A program made the translations under genes and the position numbers. DNA of 64,000 nt, from positions 64,002-128,001 of the forward strand of contig JAWKSP010000001.1 of the NCBI GenBank assembly GCA_041389025.1, given 5' to 3'. The DNA is from Minisyncoccota bacterium (GTDB lineage Bacteria > Patescibacteriota > Minisyncoccia > Phycocordibacterales > UBA918). This document shows, piece by piece, positions 20,421 through 30,384 of this stretch (its first letter is position 1; every line of letters begins with the position of its first letter). The notes below the pieces were generated by a model. That model saw nothing but the letters and a program-made list of their open reading frames with translations, was not told the DNA's origin and ran no database searches.

Positions 20421-21231
20421 GAATCCAGACAGAAAGAAAGTTCCGTCTATTGCTTTCTATTCCTACAGGTACTGAGATGTTTCACTTCCCTGCGTACGCT
20501 CTCTCATACAAGAGTTTCTACTGAAAGTAGAAGGGTTTCCCCATTCAGATATTTCCGGGTCAAAGGTTGATTGGCACCTCACCGAAACTTATCGCAGCCA
20601 TTCCACGTCTTTCATCGCTTCTTAAAACCTAGGCATCCACCATACACCCTTACATTCCTGTAAGGAACGCTATACACCGTAGTTAATACGATTATGAATA
20701 GCTTAGTAACTTTCATAAATAAAAGATACTTCCCCCACCGATGTTCGCTCACTCGGAAATGAAAATGAGCAAAGCTCGTTTTCATTTCACTCATTCGCTC
20801 CATCGACAAGTAACGCTATACACCGTTTGGCTTTACGTTCGCTTACCTTCATGCTGTGCACCGCTGCACAATTTTTGAGTGTGTGTCTGGTCAGACAAAA
20901 TACATAATCTGAACCAGACTGTGTTTGATCTGTTGTGGACGAAAAGACCCTGTCCGAAGACTTAAATCTTTACACAACAGATCAGTTTACCTGCTCCGAA
21001 CATTTTTTGATAAATCAAAAAATGTTCGGAGTGCCACGCGCGCGTCGAACACGCGTGGACTTTTCGGAACAGACCTTATCAATCTGTTCCTTTAGAATAT
21101 GCGATTGTCAAACATCGCGTACCTCCTTGAGTTTAGTTTTAAAAAAACCGCGTTACCGCGGGAAAGCCGTAAAAACGAATTTCGCGCGACTAGCTAATTT
21201 CTTTTCCTAAACTCATAAATACGTGAGCGCC

Positions 21232-21259
21232 ATTGTATACGAATGAAAAATAAAGTCAA
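21232..21259 (-). promoter_or_regulatory. Candidate sigma70-type promoter for the 23S-tRNA-5S transcript
   Basis: On the minus strand: TTGACT, then a 16-nt spacer, then TACAAT (extended TATACAAT). Lies ~570 nt upstream of the 23S 5' end. Confidence 0.35.
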
Positions 21260-21325
21260 GCGTTTATTGGGGTTAAATCTAGTCTACTTATAAACTTTTT
21301 ATCAACAGTTTTATACACAATTAAA

Positions 21326-21362
21326 AACAGCAAATACACCCAAGGTGTATTTGCTGTTTTTT
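21326..21362. terminator. Bidirectional rho-independent terminator
   Basis: acagcaaatacacc-caa-ggtgtatttgctgt hairpin with flanking A-run and T-run, immediately 3' of the minus-strand gene 21361..21975. Confidence 0.55.
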
Positions 21363-21975
21363 AAATTCTTATTCTAGAACCAGACTCATATTTACCATTA
21401 ATAACGTCTTCTACTATTTTACAAACATCTACCGCATCATGTGCGTCTAATGACTTAGCAGATTCTCTTTCCATAGCCTCTTTAACCATACTGCTATTTT
21501 TGATTGCCGGAATTTCTAAGTAATAAGCCTCCAACGCTCTGGTTTGTTTAACTATGGATTTAACTAAAGACAACATGGCATTGTTGACCATGTTGTATAT
21601 GAAAAAACCAGAATCACACGGTTCAGTATGACCACCAATTACAATCAAAGTGTTAACACCTAACTTCACAGATATATCAGCCAAAAGCAATGATCCATAA
21701 CATTTAACAAATACACTATCTTTAATGATAGAAAAATCTTTTAGTTGTCCAATTAATTCTAATCCAGTAAATACACCAGCCGCGTTTACAATAACATCTG
21801 GTTTATATTCGTTTAGTAAAGCGTAAACTTGGCGATACTCATTAATGTCACATTTTTCACCAAGACCACCACTACGACTAGCGTAAACAACTGTGTGTCC
21901 CAGCTTTTTTAAATATTCACCAACATAGAAGCCGATACTGGTTTTTGAAGACGCTCCAAATACAATTATTTTCAT
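21361..21975 (-). CDS. SDR-like NAD(P)-binding Rossmann-fold protein
   Basis: N-terminal IIVFGASSKTSIG glycine-rich motif and NAAG motif; atypical catalytic region. Confidence 0.5.
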   Translation of the reverse strand: MKIIVFGASSKTSIGFYVGEYLKKLGHTVVYASRSGGLGEKCDINEYRQVYALLNEYKPDVIVNAAGVFTGLELIGQLKDFSIIKDSVFVKCYGSLLLADISVKLGVNTLIVIGGHTEPCDSGFFIYNMVNNAMLSLVKSIVKQTRALEAYYLEIPAIKNSSMVKEAMERESAKSLDAHDAVDVCKIVEDVINGKYESGSRIRI

Positions 21976-22041
21976 TTTACTCTCCCAAAATAATTTAGAG
22001 GCTTAACTTTAATAAAATTAAGCCTCTTTACTTCATTTAAT

Positions 22042-22437
22042 TTAAGAAACGAAATCTAACTCCCCATCAATCTTACGAATACCGCCGTTAATTGACAAAA
22101 AAGTCATTCCTTCAGGACCAGCTTTGAAGCCATGCCTTCTCAATTTCTCAAAGAAAACACAGTCTCCTTTACGAACTACCGTTCCATTATTTCCATCATC
22201 AGACAAGACTGTCGCTGTTCCTGACACAATAAACATCCGAGCGTCTACCTTGTGAATATGTGGTTCAATTACGCTTTTCGGCCTCATTTCAACCAATGAT
22301 ATTTCCGGAGTGTTACTTCCGGCTAAAACTAAATGGCTGATAAGAGCATTTATTTGAGGGTATTTAGAAGATTTTACTTTACTAATAGCACTCATTTTCC
22401 TTCTCCTTTTTGTTAAAAAACAATTGCACGATTGCAA
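22042..22437 (-). CDS. Cupin-domain protein
   Basis: HIHKVDARMFIVSGTATV...GDCVFF beta-barrel cupin motifs. Confidence 0.45.
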   Translation of the reverse strand: MQSCNCFLTKRRRKMSAISKVKSSKYPQINALISHLVLAGSNTPEISLVEMRPKSVIEPHIHKVDARMFIVSGTATVLSDDGNNGTVVRKGDCVFFEKLRRHGFKAGPEGMTFLSINGGIRKIDGELDFVS

Positions 22438-22516
22438 TCTGAGCTAAATTATAAAGATATGGTGATATATGTCAAAGTGTTGACACATTTTGACAACTTT
22501 GCTAAAATAACCTCAT

Positions 22517-23248
22517 ATGAAATTAATAAACAGTAAGGAAAAGAAGGTGCTTGGCGCCTTGTATAAGCTTGGCGACTCACCGATCAGTAAAATCGCCAAA
22601 GAAACCTTGATAAACCGAACCGCTCTTTACCACGTGGTTGAAGGTCTTTTGGAGAAGGGACTGGTCACTAAGCTTAACAAAGAGAAAAGCGCTTATTTTC
22701 AACCAATCAGTCAGCAGGATTTTAGACTATGGGCTAAGCGACAAGTTGAGTCGGTAGCCAATCAAACTAACGAACTAGAGGGCTGGCTCACTAAACAAAA
22801 CCAAGACTTCCCTACCCTGCACTCCAACATAAAATATTTTGAAGGTATAGAAGGGGTAAAAAATCTATACGCTGATAGTTGGAGAAATAATAAAGAAAAA
22901 ACCATACACGCCATTACCGATTATGATAAAGCTTATGAGACTATGAATGACTTTTTTGAGGAAGAATATTTTCCCAATCGAGTAGCACACAATGTGTCAG
23001 TTAAGAGCCTACTGTCAAAAAGCCCACTAGGAAAAAGAGACGTTCCAAGAGCTAAAGATTTAATGCGCGACATGAGATTTCTAGATATCTTTAAAGATCT
23101 TGGCATTGAGATAAATGTTTATGATGACAAAGTTTCGATTGTGGCTTTTGACAAGAAAAAACCATCAGGCATAATGATTAAAAACGAAATAATAGCTAAT
23201 GCTTTTAAACAAATACTACAGTACTTGTGGCAAAATGCCGAAAAATAA
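22517..23248 (+). CDS. TrmB-like winged-helix transcriptional regulator
   Basis: N-terminal HTH KVLGALYKLGDSPISKIAKETLINRTALYHVVEGLLEKGLV. Divergent from the upstream genes, with palindromic sites in the shared intergenic region. Confidence 0.5.
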   Translation: MKLINSKEKKVLGALYKLGDSPISKIAKETLINRTALYHVVEGLLEKGLVTKLNKEKSAYFQPISQQDFRLWAKRQVESVANQTNELEGWLTKQNQDFPTLHSNIKYFEGIEGVKNLYADSWRNNKEKTIHAITDYDKAYETMNDFFEEEYFPNRVAHNVSVKSLLSKSPLGKRDVPRAKDLMRDMRFLDIFKDLGIEINVYDDKVSIVAFDKKKPSGIMIKNEIIANAFKQILQYLWQNAEK

Positions 23249-23295
23249 AAGGTGTCGCCATAGGCGACACCTTTTATTTTTCGGCATTTTTACCT

Positions 23296-23967
23296 CTACC
23301 GCCTCGTAACAGAGTCAATCACTCGAGACGCTGCGTCTTTGCCGCCAAGACCAAAAGCTAGTCCAAGCGCTAGTGAAATAGCGAACACGATTCCGGTAAA
23401 GAGTGGTTGGATAAGCTCAGTAGCAATATCTAGCTGATTTAGAGCCGCTAGCACCGCTACAGTAATAATCGCTACATAAGCCACCTTACCAAATAACTCT
23501 GGACGATTCATCCCAGCTAGCTTGGTAGAAGCGATTACCATATTACGTACAGTATTTGCAATAATAGCCGCTACCATCAAAATAAGTACTGCAATAATTA
23601 CCTTTGGTAAGTAACCAATCACTACATCACGCAAAAAGACAGTCACTTCTTCTAGATGTAGAATATCTAAAGCCACAATAAAGAATACGAGTAAAATAAA
23701 CCACTTAACCAAAGTCCCGATAAATACTCCAGCACTTAGTTTATAACCAGCCTTTTCGGTAATATCATCAACCCCAGCTGCATCTAACGCACTATCTAGA
23801 CCCACCTTTTTAGAAATACGTTCAGTCAAACGCTTCAAAGCCGAAGCTATAATAGCACCTATAATCAGCACCACTACAGCCACCGCAATCGACGGTAGAA
23901 AATTAATCACCTCACCCCACATCTCTGCAAAGGCCATTTGTAGAGAATCAAAAACTGAGTAATCCAT
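23296..23967 (-). CDS. Multi-TM membrane protein (conserved-TM-helix / mechanosensitive-channel-associated type)
   Basis: Four or five predicted TM helices with repeated helical hairpins. Confidence 0.4.
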   Translation of the reverse strand: MDYSVFDSLQMAFAEMWGEVINFLPSIAVAVVVLIIGAIIASALKRLTERISKKVGLDSALDAAGVDDITEKAGYKLSAGVFIGTLVKWFILLVFFIVALDILHLEEVTVFLRDVVIGYLPKVIIAVLILMVAAIIANTVRNMVIASTKLAGMNRPELFGKVAYVAIITVAVLAALNQLDIATELIQPLFTGIVFAISLALGLAFGLGGKDAASRVIDSVTRR

Positions 23968-24042
23968 AGTTCAATTTATTAACTACTAATAACTCTTTTA
24001 TTATAACATTATATTAAACCAAGAAATATTTAAACCACACTT

Positions 24043-24678
24043 TTAGCCACGATACGAGCCTCTGTGCAACTCATCACGAACACCGATTCTGTCAACTAAA
24101 ATCTGGTGTTTGTAGTCAAAAATATCTCGAGTTAATTTGTCATACATACCTACACGATAAAGTAAATCCTCAGAAGTCATGGCCGCAAAACGAATCTCAA
24201 TACCTATTTCAGATTCCAAAGAACGAATAGCGCTCTCTACTTTTGATTGTGATAATTTCTTCATAGCTAGAAGTACATCTAATCGTTGTTCAAACTCGCG
24301 TACAAACAACCCAGCAATCACTACAAAATCAACTACTCCTGCCTTACGCAGATGTCGAAGTAGATTCTTACCATCGATTGGTGCTGTTTCAAACAAAAAA
24401 GTTTGCAGGGCTTGTAGTTCCGGAAATTTTTTATTTAAGCTGTAATTTAAAACTTTGGTTTTTTTGGTTTTTCCGAGAAGTAGAGTTGGTACCATTCTAG
24501 AAGTTATTACCCCAGCTCTTTCAAGGGCAGATATTTCTGTACGAGCGGTGCGACGAACTAAACGAGCACGCTTACACATATCATCAAAAGTAAATTCTTT
24601 AGACGGATTAAATAGAAAAAAACGTAATAATTTTACGCGTGCCGTACTACCAAACAAGATTGAAAGTGGGTCTGCCAT
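24043..24678 (-). CDS. Winged-helix DNA-binding protein, function unknown
   Basis: N-terminal LLRFFLFNPSKEFTFDDMCKRARLVRRTARTEISALERAGVI HTH-like segment. Confidence 0.4.
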   Translation of the reverse strand: MADPLSILFGSTARVKLLRFFLFNPSKEFTFDDMCKRARLVRRTARTEISALERAGVITSRMVPTLLLGKTKKTKVLNYSLNKKFPELQALQTFLFETAPIDGKNLLRHLRKAGVVDFVVIAGLFVREFEQRLDVLLAMKKLSQSKVESAIRSLESEIGIEIRFAAMTSEDLLYRVGMYDKLTRDIFDYKHQILVDRIGVRDELHRGSYRG

Positions 24679-24771
24679 ACTAGAGTGGCAAGATTATATC
24701 ATAAAAGGTACGTGTGGAATCTGGACAAAAAAGAGTGAGTGTTCTTGAGAAAAAATCTTGTCTTTAAAGTT

Positions 24772-25878
24772 TTACTTAAACCAATACCAGTACTCTGGCA
24801 AATCTGATAAATGACCATTAAATGGCTCTATTACCTTGTCATATCTACAACTAGCAAGAACGTCATATTTACTTTGATCAGAAAATCGTTCACACCCCGT
24901 CTTCCATACAGAACTACCATGAAAATGTACCGTACAAGCCGCATGTTTTTTTATTATAAATTCATATTCAGCGATGTTGGTTTCATTTTCTGAAGTTAAC
25001 CTTTCCAAAATTCTATCACAAATCAAAGGGTTATTATTTGCTAAAGCTTCTTGGATCACAGAAACATAACTACATTCATCGTGATTTAAACTATATCCTA
25101 CCAACTTACTTTCATATATATTTTTTACCTGTGTACAATCTATTTTATCTTTTGATTTTGTTGAACCTATCCTATCCTTATAATATTCTACAACCATAGC
25201 ATCAATTGATGCCTTTTTACATCCGTTAATTTTATCAATATTTTTTTTCTTATCACAAATAGATGGATCCTTATGTAGTACAGCCATATCTGTAAACATA
25301 TGTTCTTTTTCCCAATCAAATTGAAGTGGTATAACCTCTAACAGCTCGGGACTTCCAGAATTAACCGCGATAGTTGCCAACGTTCCAAAAACATATTCCT
25401 TACCAGGAAGAACGGTAAAAAGAATCCATACGCATAAAAGAGCAATAACGGAATAAACATAGGTTACAAAATAAGCAAAAAAATTTTTCTTGTTTGTTCT
25501 TGGTAAACTCTCAACAGAACCTAATAAATTCTTTTTGAATCGCCCGTACAAAAGTAAAGAGAAAACAAAAATAAGTATTATAGTAATAACATCCCAAGAA
25601 ATTAACATGCCCCCAGCTATATATGTAGAATTTGTCGCTATTTCAAAAACAGCAACAGGAAACAGTAGCAAAATCTGACTTATACCTAGAACAGAAAGAG
25701 CAAATATAAACCTAGAATGAATAACCCCAGCCTTGATATATGACCTTCTTAGGTTCCTGTTTCCAATATAAAAAGAAGCTATTATTATAAATATAAAGAA
25801 AAAAAGTATTACAATTTTAAACATAAGAAAAATTATTAGTAAGTATATCACACTAAAATACTTAAATTTAAGTGACAA
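24772..25878 (-). CDS. Membrane protein with Cys-rich extracytoplasmic C-terminal domain
   Basis: Four N-terminal TM helices, then a ~200-aa domain with many Cys residues. Confidence 0.4.
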   Translation of the reverse strand: MSLKFKYFSVIYLLIIFLMFKIVILFFFIFIIIASFYIGNRNLRRSYIKAGVIHSRFIFALSVLGISQILLLFPVAVFEIATNSTYIAGGMLISWDVITIILIFVFSLLLYGRFKKNLLGSVESLPRTNKKNFFAYFVTYVYSVIALLCVWILFTVLPGKEYVFGTLATIAVNSGSPELLEVIPLQFDWEKEHMFTDMAVLHKDPSICDKKKNIDKINGCKKASIDAMVVEYYKDRIGSTKSKDKIDCTQVKNIYESKLVGYSLNHDECSYVSVIQEALANNNPLICDRILERLTSENETNIAEYEFIIKKHAACTVHFHGSSVWKTGCERFSDQSKYDVLASCRYDKVIEPFNGHLSDLPEYWYWFK

Positions 25879-25907
25879 AACGCGCGCCTACGGCGCGCGT
25901 TTTTTTA
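25878..25907. terminator. GC-rich bidirectional terminator hairpin
   Basis: aaacgcgcgcc-tac-ggcgcgcgttt followed by a T-run. Confidence 0.55.
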
Positions 25908-25909
25908 AT

Positions 25910-27115
25910 TTATCTAATATCTAGTTGATTTAATATGTCTATATGATCTTGATTAGTCGGGTCATATTTCCCTACCAAAAATCTCTCAACTTCCGGATCA
26001 TTTTTATCTATCAACTCTTTGATTCCTAAATAACCGGAGAAATAAGCTGTACTTCTGGTGAAGACGTTCCCTGCCTTACCACTAGTACCCCTAAATACAA
26101 CTATTCCATGCTTCCAAGCAGATTCAGATAATTTATTTTTTGATCCACCTAGCAAGACGTAATATTCTTTTGTAAGGTCATAAATCTGTCTAAATGTCCA
26201 AGGTGTGTTTTTATGTAATCCAATCATTAACGCCGGCAATACATATTTAGTAATGCCAGGAAGAAAACTTTTATCAGTCTGTACTTGCCTATATGTAGCT
26301 AAACCTTCTTCTCCATTAAGGTATCCGTTTAAACCAACCGATAATAACAAAAGCGAGCTTTTAAAACCGTTTAGATGCCTAGCCAGGTGTACGCCAACTT
26401 CATGATTGACAAGAGCCTCAGCCAAAACCTCTGTTACCATTCTAGTTTCCGGTATATAAATAGTTTTATCGCGATAACTTACAGTAACCGCCACAACGCT
26501 AGAATTAGTAGTAACCTCCCAAGCAATGCCTCTGTCAAGCAAAGCTTTTTTTAACACCTCAACCAACTGCTCTGCCGCCAACAATTTTTCTTGATTGTCT
26601 TCTATTTTATAATAATCAATGTCAGAGCCATCAGTTTTTGCATCAAAATAATCGACCAACTCACACCATTTATCACCAAGTGTAACACCGCGTTTCTCCG
26701 CCACATATAAAACTGATGACAAAGCTCGACGCATAACTTCTCTATCAGGAGCACCATAAATTCTTTTTGAAGTTTCGGTTACCGTTTTGTCATTTCGCTC
26801 AACTACTGATTCCAATAATGAGACCTTGTTTAACTGGTCTTTAATTTTCATCTGATAAGCTTTTTTGACCGCCGGATGAGCGGAGTTATCAGTTGCTACT
26901 ATTTCCTGAAATTCTAGAAGTTTAGTCTTGTGATATAAAATCGACTGAATATCAATATCATATTCCAGAGTCGGTTCATCAATAAGGCCAGCCAGAAATA
27001 ATTCCTTCTGTTTAGCCAATTTTTTCTGATCAAATTTTATATAGTCTATATCGTCAAATGCACAACCGTCTTTATATATTTCAAACCATTCTTTATCCAA
27101 AGCTTTATTGTTCAT
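25910..27115 (-). CDS. DUF1704 / QEGLA-motif family protein (putative metallopeptidase-like)
   Basis: HEVGVH (HExxH-like) and GEEGLATYRQ (QEGLA-like) motifs. Confidence 0.55.
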   Translation of the reverse strand: MNNKALDKEWFEIYKDGCAFDDIDYIKFDQKKLAKQKELFLAGLIDEPTLEYDIDIQSILYHKTKLLEFQEIVATDNSAHPAVKKAYQMKIKDQLNKVSLLESVVERNDKTVTETSKRIYGAPDREVMRRALSSVLYVAEKRGVTLGDKWCELVDYFDAKTDGSDIDYYKIEDNQEKLLAAEQLVEVLKKALLDRGIAWEVTTNSSVVAVTVSYRDKTIYIPETRMVTEVLAEALVNHEVGVHLARHLNGFKSSLLLLSVGLNGYLNGEEGLATYRQVQTDKSFLPGITKYVLPALMIGLHKNTPWTFRQIYDLTKEYYVLLGGSKNKLSESAWKHGIVVFRGTSGKAGNVFTRSTAYFSGYLGIKELIDKNDPEVERFLVGKYDPTNQDHIDILNQLDIR

Positions 27116-27136
27116 AGTGTGATTGTACCATTATGT

Positions 27137-27176
27137 CAAAAAACACAAAGGGCGCGTTCGGCGCGCCCTTTGTGTG
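27137..27176 (-). terminator. Rho-independent terminator after the rplJ-rplL operon
   Basis: cacaaagggcgcg-ttcg-gcgcgccctttgtg GC-rich hairpin, with a T-run on the minus strand. Confidence 0.55.
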
Positions 27177-27552
27177 ATTTCAAACTATTTCAAAGTTACT
27201 TTTGATCCTCGCAAGTCTTAAGAATATAAAACACGGAGATATTGAATCTCCGTGTTTTATTGCACCACCCAGCCCTACTTTTAGTTGTCATTTATTATCT
27301 TTTGTTATTTATGCCAATGATTTGCGTTTATGATGTTGCAAATAAATGATTACCAAAAGTAGGGCTGGGTTCCGCTAAAGTTACATTGAAATGTCTATTT
27401 CAATGTAACTTTAGCTCCCCCACAAGTCCTAATAAAATATATTCCTTATTCAGTCATTATTTTATTGGCTTGCAGGCCCGGCTCGACCGTCGTGCTCGCT
27501 TACGCTCCGCACGACATGTCTCCGCCTCTGGAGCCTAAGTTCACACTTAAAA

Positions 27553-28032
27553 CTATTTAAGTGTTACCTTGGCTCCAGCTTCTTCAAGCTTAGCTTTTAG
27601 AGCTTCAGCATCTTCCTTCTTCATTCCTTCTTTAAGTACCGCTGGAGCACCATCTACCATTTCTTTAGCTTCTTTAAGTCCTAGACCAAGAACTTCTTTA
27701 ACAGCTTTAATAACAGCAATCTTCTGTGCACCAGCATCAGTTAGTTCTACCGCGAATTCTGATTGCTTCCTCAGCACCAGCTGCAGCACCTGCACTCGAG
27801 CAGCTACCGCTACCGCTGCAGCTGATACTCCAAAACGCTTTTCAAGTACTTTTACTAACTCGTTTAGCTCAAGTACACTCATTTTTTCTACTTTCTCAAC
27901 TAAATCTTTAAATTCAGCTGGTACTTCTACTGATTCATCTACACCATCATTATTTGTTTCAGAAGTAGTTTCTTCTTTTGTTTCAGTTGCAGTTGTTTCC
28001 TCTGCTACTGTTGTGTCTTTTTCGTCTGACAT
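27553..28032 (-). CDS. rplL: 50S ribosomal protein L7/L12, with a ~38-aa acidic N-terminal extension and an atypical hinge
   Basis: Conserved [23 protein letters not shown]...[35 protein letters not shown]...[10 protein letters not shown]. Confidence 0.9.
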   Translation of the reverse strand: MSDEKDTTVAEETTATETKEETTSETNNDGVDESVEVPAEFKDLVEKVEKMSVLELNELVKVLEKRFGVSAAAVAVAARVQVLQLVLRKQSEFAVELTDAGAQKIAVIKAVKEVLGLGLKEAKEMVDGAPAVLKEGMKKEDAEALKAKLEEAGAKVTLK

Positions 28033-28085
28033 ATTATTTTGTTTAAGATATTTTGTAATTTAAATTTAATTTAACAAGTTCTAGG

Positions 28086-28172
28086 AATTTCACCACTAGA
28101 GTATTTCCATTTTTATACTCCCTTTCGGTCGTTAAAAATTAGGTTGCCCTAGGAAGGGGCAAATTCAGAACT
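28086..28172. repeat. Intergenic repeat family R1, full copy (rplJ-rplL spacer)
   Basis: About 85 nt, ~85-90% identical to 60329..60415. Shared core ...CACCAC.AGAGTATTTCC.TTTTTATA.TCC.TTC.GTC.TTAAAAA.TAGGTTGCCCTAGGAAGGGG... Confidence 0.7.
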
Positions 28173-28203
28173 AAATAAACAATAATCGCTTCCGCTCATT
28201 TGT

Positions 28204-28686
28204 TTATTTATTCTCTGCGATAGCATTAAGCGATATAACCAAACCTTGTATTGGTGAGTTAATAACGTTAACAAACATACCACGTAAAGTTTGCAATGGT
28301 GGAATAGAAGCAATTTCAGTCATTTCTGTCTGATCTTTGTATACTCCTTGAAATACCCCCCCTACTATTGAGACGTTATTTTTAAACTTCTCGGAAAATT
28401 CTTTAATATTCTGAGCGGGAGCAATTGCGTCTTGGCTGTATGCCACCGCAATCTCACCGTCTAAAGTCGGCATTTCACCGGTAAATTTATCGGCAAAAGC
28501 TCTCTTCATCAAAGTCTTTTTAGCTACAAAATAACCAACACCTTTCTCACGTAAATCTTTACGCATAGAAGTTGTATCAGCTACTGTTAGTCCACTATAG
28601 TGAACAAAGACAATTGATTCAGAATTGTCACGAACCTCCTCAAGCTTAGCAATAATATCTTGCTTTTTGGCTTTTGAAATGGCCAT
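28204..28686 (-). CDS. rplJ: 50S ribosomal protein L10
   Basis: MAISKAKKQDIIAKLEEV...; L10 family; immediately upstream of rplL. Confidence 0.9.
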   Translation of the reverse strand: MAISKAKKQDIIAKLEEVRDNSESIVFVHYSGLTVADTTSMRKDLREKGVGYFVAKKTLMKRAFADKFTGEMPTLDGEIAVAYSQDAIAPAQNIKEFSEKFKNNVSIVGGVFQGVYKDQTEMTEIASIPPLQTLRGMFVNVINSPIQGLVISLNAIAENK

Positions 28687-29118
28687 GATAATTAGATTTT
28701 ATAGTACTTATAAATACAGGTCATGTGATAACAAAAAAATCATCGATAATTCCTCCGACCCAATACAAAAATAGATTGGACTTCGGTCGGCTGATACCTA
28801 TGTATCAATTACCGCGCCTACACGCGACCAACTGTCATGAGCCTGATGGCAGTAAATATAACAGATATATAAAAATAGTAAAGAAAACCCCCTGACCAGA
28901 TAATCTAGTCGAGGGGGAAAGGAGCTATTACTTTGCAAGTGATCCCTATCAATGACAATGACAGAGAGCATTTACATAGTATATTTAAATAAAAAAGTAG
29001 TCAACTCTTGACCTTACCCTATTGTTTTCTTGTATAATAATTATTCTTGCCAATGTAAATAAAGACTTTTATCATTAAGACCAGTCAATTTATAATGTAT
29101 TAATTTTAATTTCTCGTT

Positions 29119-29189
29119 CGGGATGTAGCACAGTGGTAGTGTGCACGCATGGGGTGCGTGTGGCTCGAGTTCGATTCTCGGTATCCCGA
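29119..29189 (+). tRNA. tRNA-Pro (anticodon GGG)
   Basis: Acceptor CGGGAUG/UAUCCCG, D-arm GCAC-AGUGGUA-GUGU, anticodon stem CACGC/GCGUG with loop AUGGGGU, T-arm UCGAG-UUCGAUU-CUCGG. CCA not encoded. Confidence 0.75.
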
Positions 29190-29190
29190 C

Positions 29191-29236
29191 AAAACTAATA
29201 AAAGCGTGGCCAAAGGCCACGCTTTTATTAGTTTTG
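29191..29236. terminator. Long perfect hairpin terminator (bidirectional)
   Basis: aaaactaataaaagcgtggcc-aaa-ggccacgcttttattagtttt, 21-bp stem. Confidence 0.6.
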
Positions 29237-29249
29237 TCGGGGTCGTGTT

Positions 29250-29711
29250 TTAATTCGGTAAATTTACAGAGCCTTCTCTGTCACCTTTGAATTTTCCAGA
29301 CAAAGACACAGCACCAGGTCCAGCTATAAACAAAGCGATAGTTAAACCAAGCGCTAATACGTCTAGATCACCATTACCACCGATATTAAAACCTTTAACT
29401 GCCCACCAAGCCACGAAAGAAATGACCGCCAGCCAAAAAGCCCAAAATCGAGTCATCACACCAGCTAAAATTGCTAATCCGCCAAACAACTCAGCAAAAG
29501 CAACCAAGAAAGCCAGTAATCCCACCATCGGAAAACCAAGGTCGATCAACATAGTGGAAAAATCTTCCAAACCATTTTCACCAAAAAACTTTGCGTATCC
29601 ATGTGCTACAAAGAAAACACCGACCGCTACCCTTGCTACTAATAATGCATAGTCGACGTCACAATTGGCTGGTCGTACTTCATCAAAAAACGTTAAAGAT
29701 TTTTTAAACAT
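29250..29711 (-). CDS. DoxX family membrane protein
   Basis: VGVFFVAHGYAKFFG...LFGGLAILAG pattern with 4 TM helices. Confidence 0.7.
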   Translation of the reverse strand: MFKKSLTFFDEVRPANCDVDYALLVARVAVGVFFVAHGYAKFFGENGLEDFSTMLIDLGFPMVGLLAFLVAFAELFGGLAILAGVMTRFWAFWLAVISFVAWWAVKGFNIGGNGDLDVLALGLTIALFIAGPGAVSLSGKFKGDREGSVNLPN

Positions 29712-29791
29712 AAATAATTAATTGTTAACTTAGTAAAAGTAAAGTCCTCTTTACCAATTTTAGCAATATTTAAATTATTTATGGGTTAGTT

Positions 29792-30271
29792 TTAAACAGG
29801 TTCATTAGGATTAGAAACTACAATATCTTCTCGCTTAAGCTTACTAGAAAGCGATATCACCCCTGGACCAACTAACATAAGTGCTAAAGTCATTCCAATT
29901 GACAGCATAAGTTCTAAGTCACCCATATATACTGTAGTCCCAGGCAAACCTTTAACCGTAATCCAACCATAAACACTGATTAAAGTTAGCCAAAATGCTG
30001 AAAAGCGAGTCAATACACCAAGTATAATTGCCAATCCTCCAAATAACTGAGCAAAAGCTACCAGAAAAGCAAAAGTAGCTGCTGCTGGGAAACCTATTCC
30101 CGCTAAAATATCGGTAAAAGAAGATAGTCCGCCTTCACCAAAGAATTTTTTATAACCATGTACCATAAAAAAAATACCGACAGTAACTCTTATAGCAAGT
30201 AAGGCCCACGAGGTTTCAGTCACAATTGGCCTTGGCTCATCAATTATTGAACAAATCTCCTTTAAAATCAT
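29792..30271 (-). CDS. DoxX family membrane protein (paralog)
   Basis: VGIFFMVHGYKKFFG...LFGGLAIILG; tandem paralog of the preceding gene. Confidence 0.7.
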   Translation of the reverse strand: MILKEICSIIDEPRPIVTETSWALLAIRVTVGIFFMVHGYKKFFGEGGLSSFTDILAGIGFPAAATFAFLVAFAQLFGGLAIILGVLTRFSAFWLTLISVYGWITVKGLPGTTVYMGDLELMLSIGMTLALMLVGPGVISLSSKLKREDIVVSNPNEPV

Positions 30272-30384
30272 AAATAAAAAATTATTAACAAATATTGTAT
30301 CAAATATATTTATATGTTTGAGACAAAGTTAACCACACTTTTAATACTTTTATATAATCCTAATTAGAACGATGCCTTAATATT

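Noticed and set aside
27569-28063. 164-aa plus-strand Ser/Ala-rich ORF
   Set aside because: It is antisense to the well-supported rplL gene and its low-complexity translation is a mirror of the GCN-rich codons.
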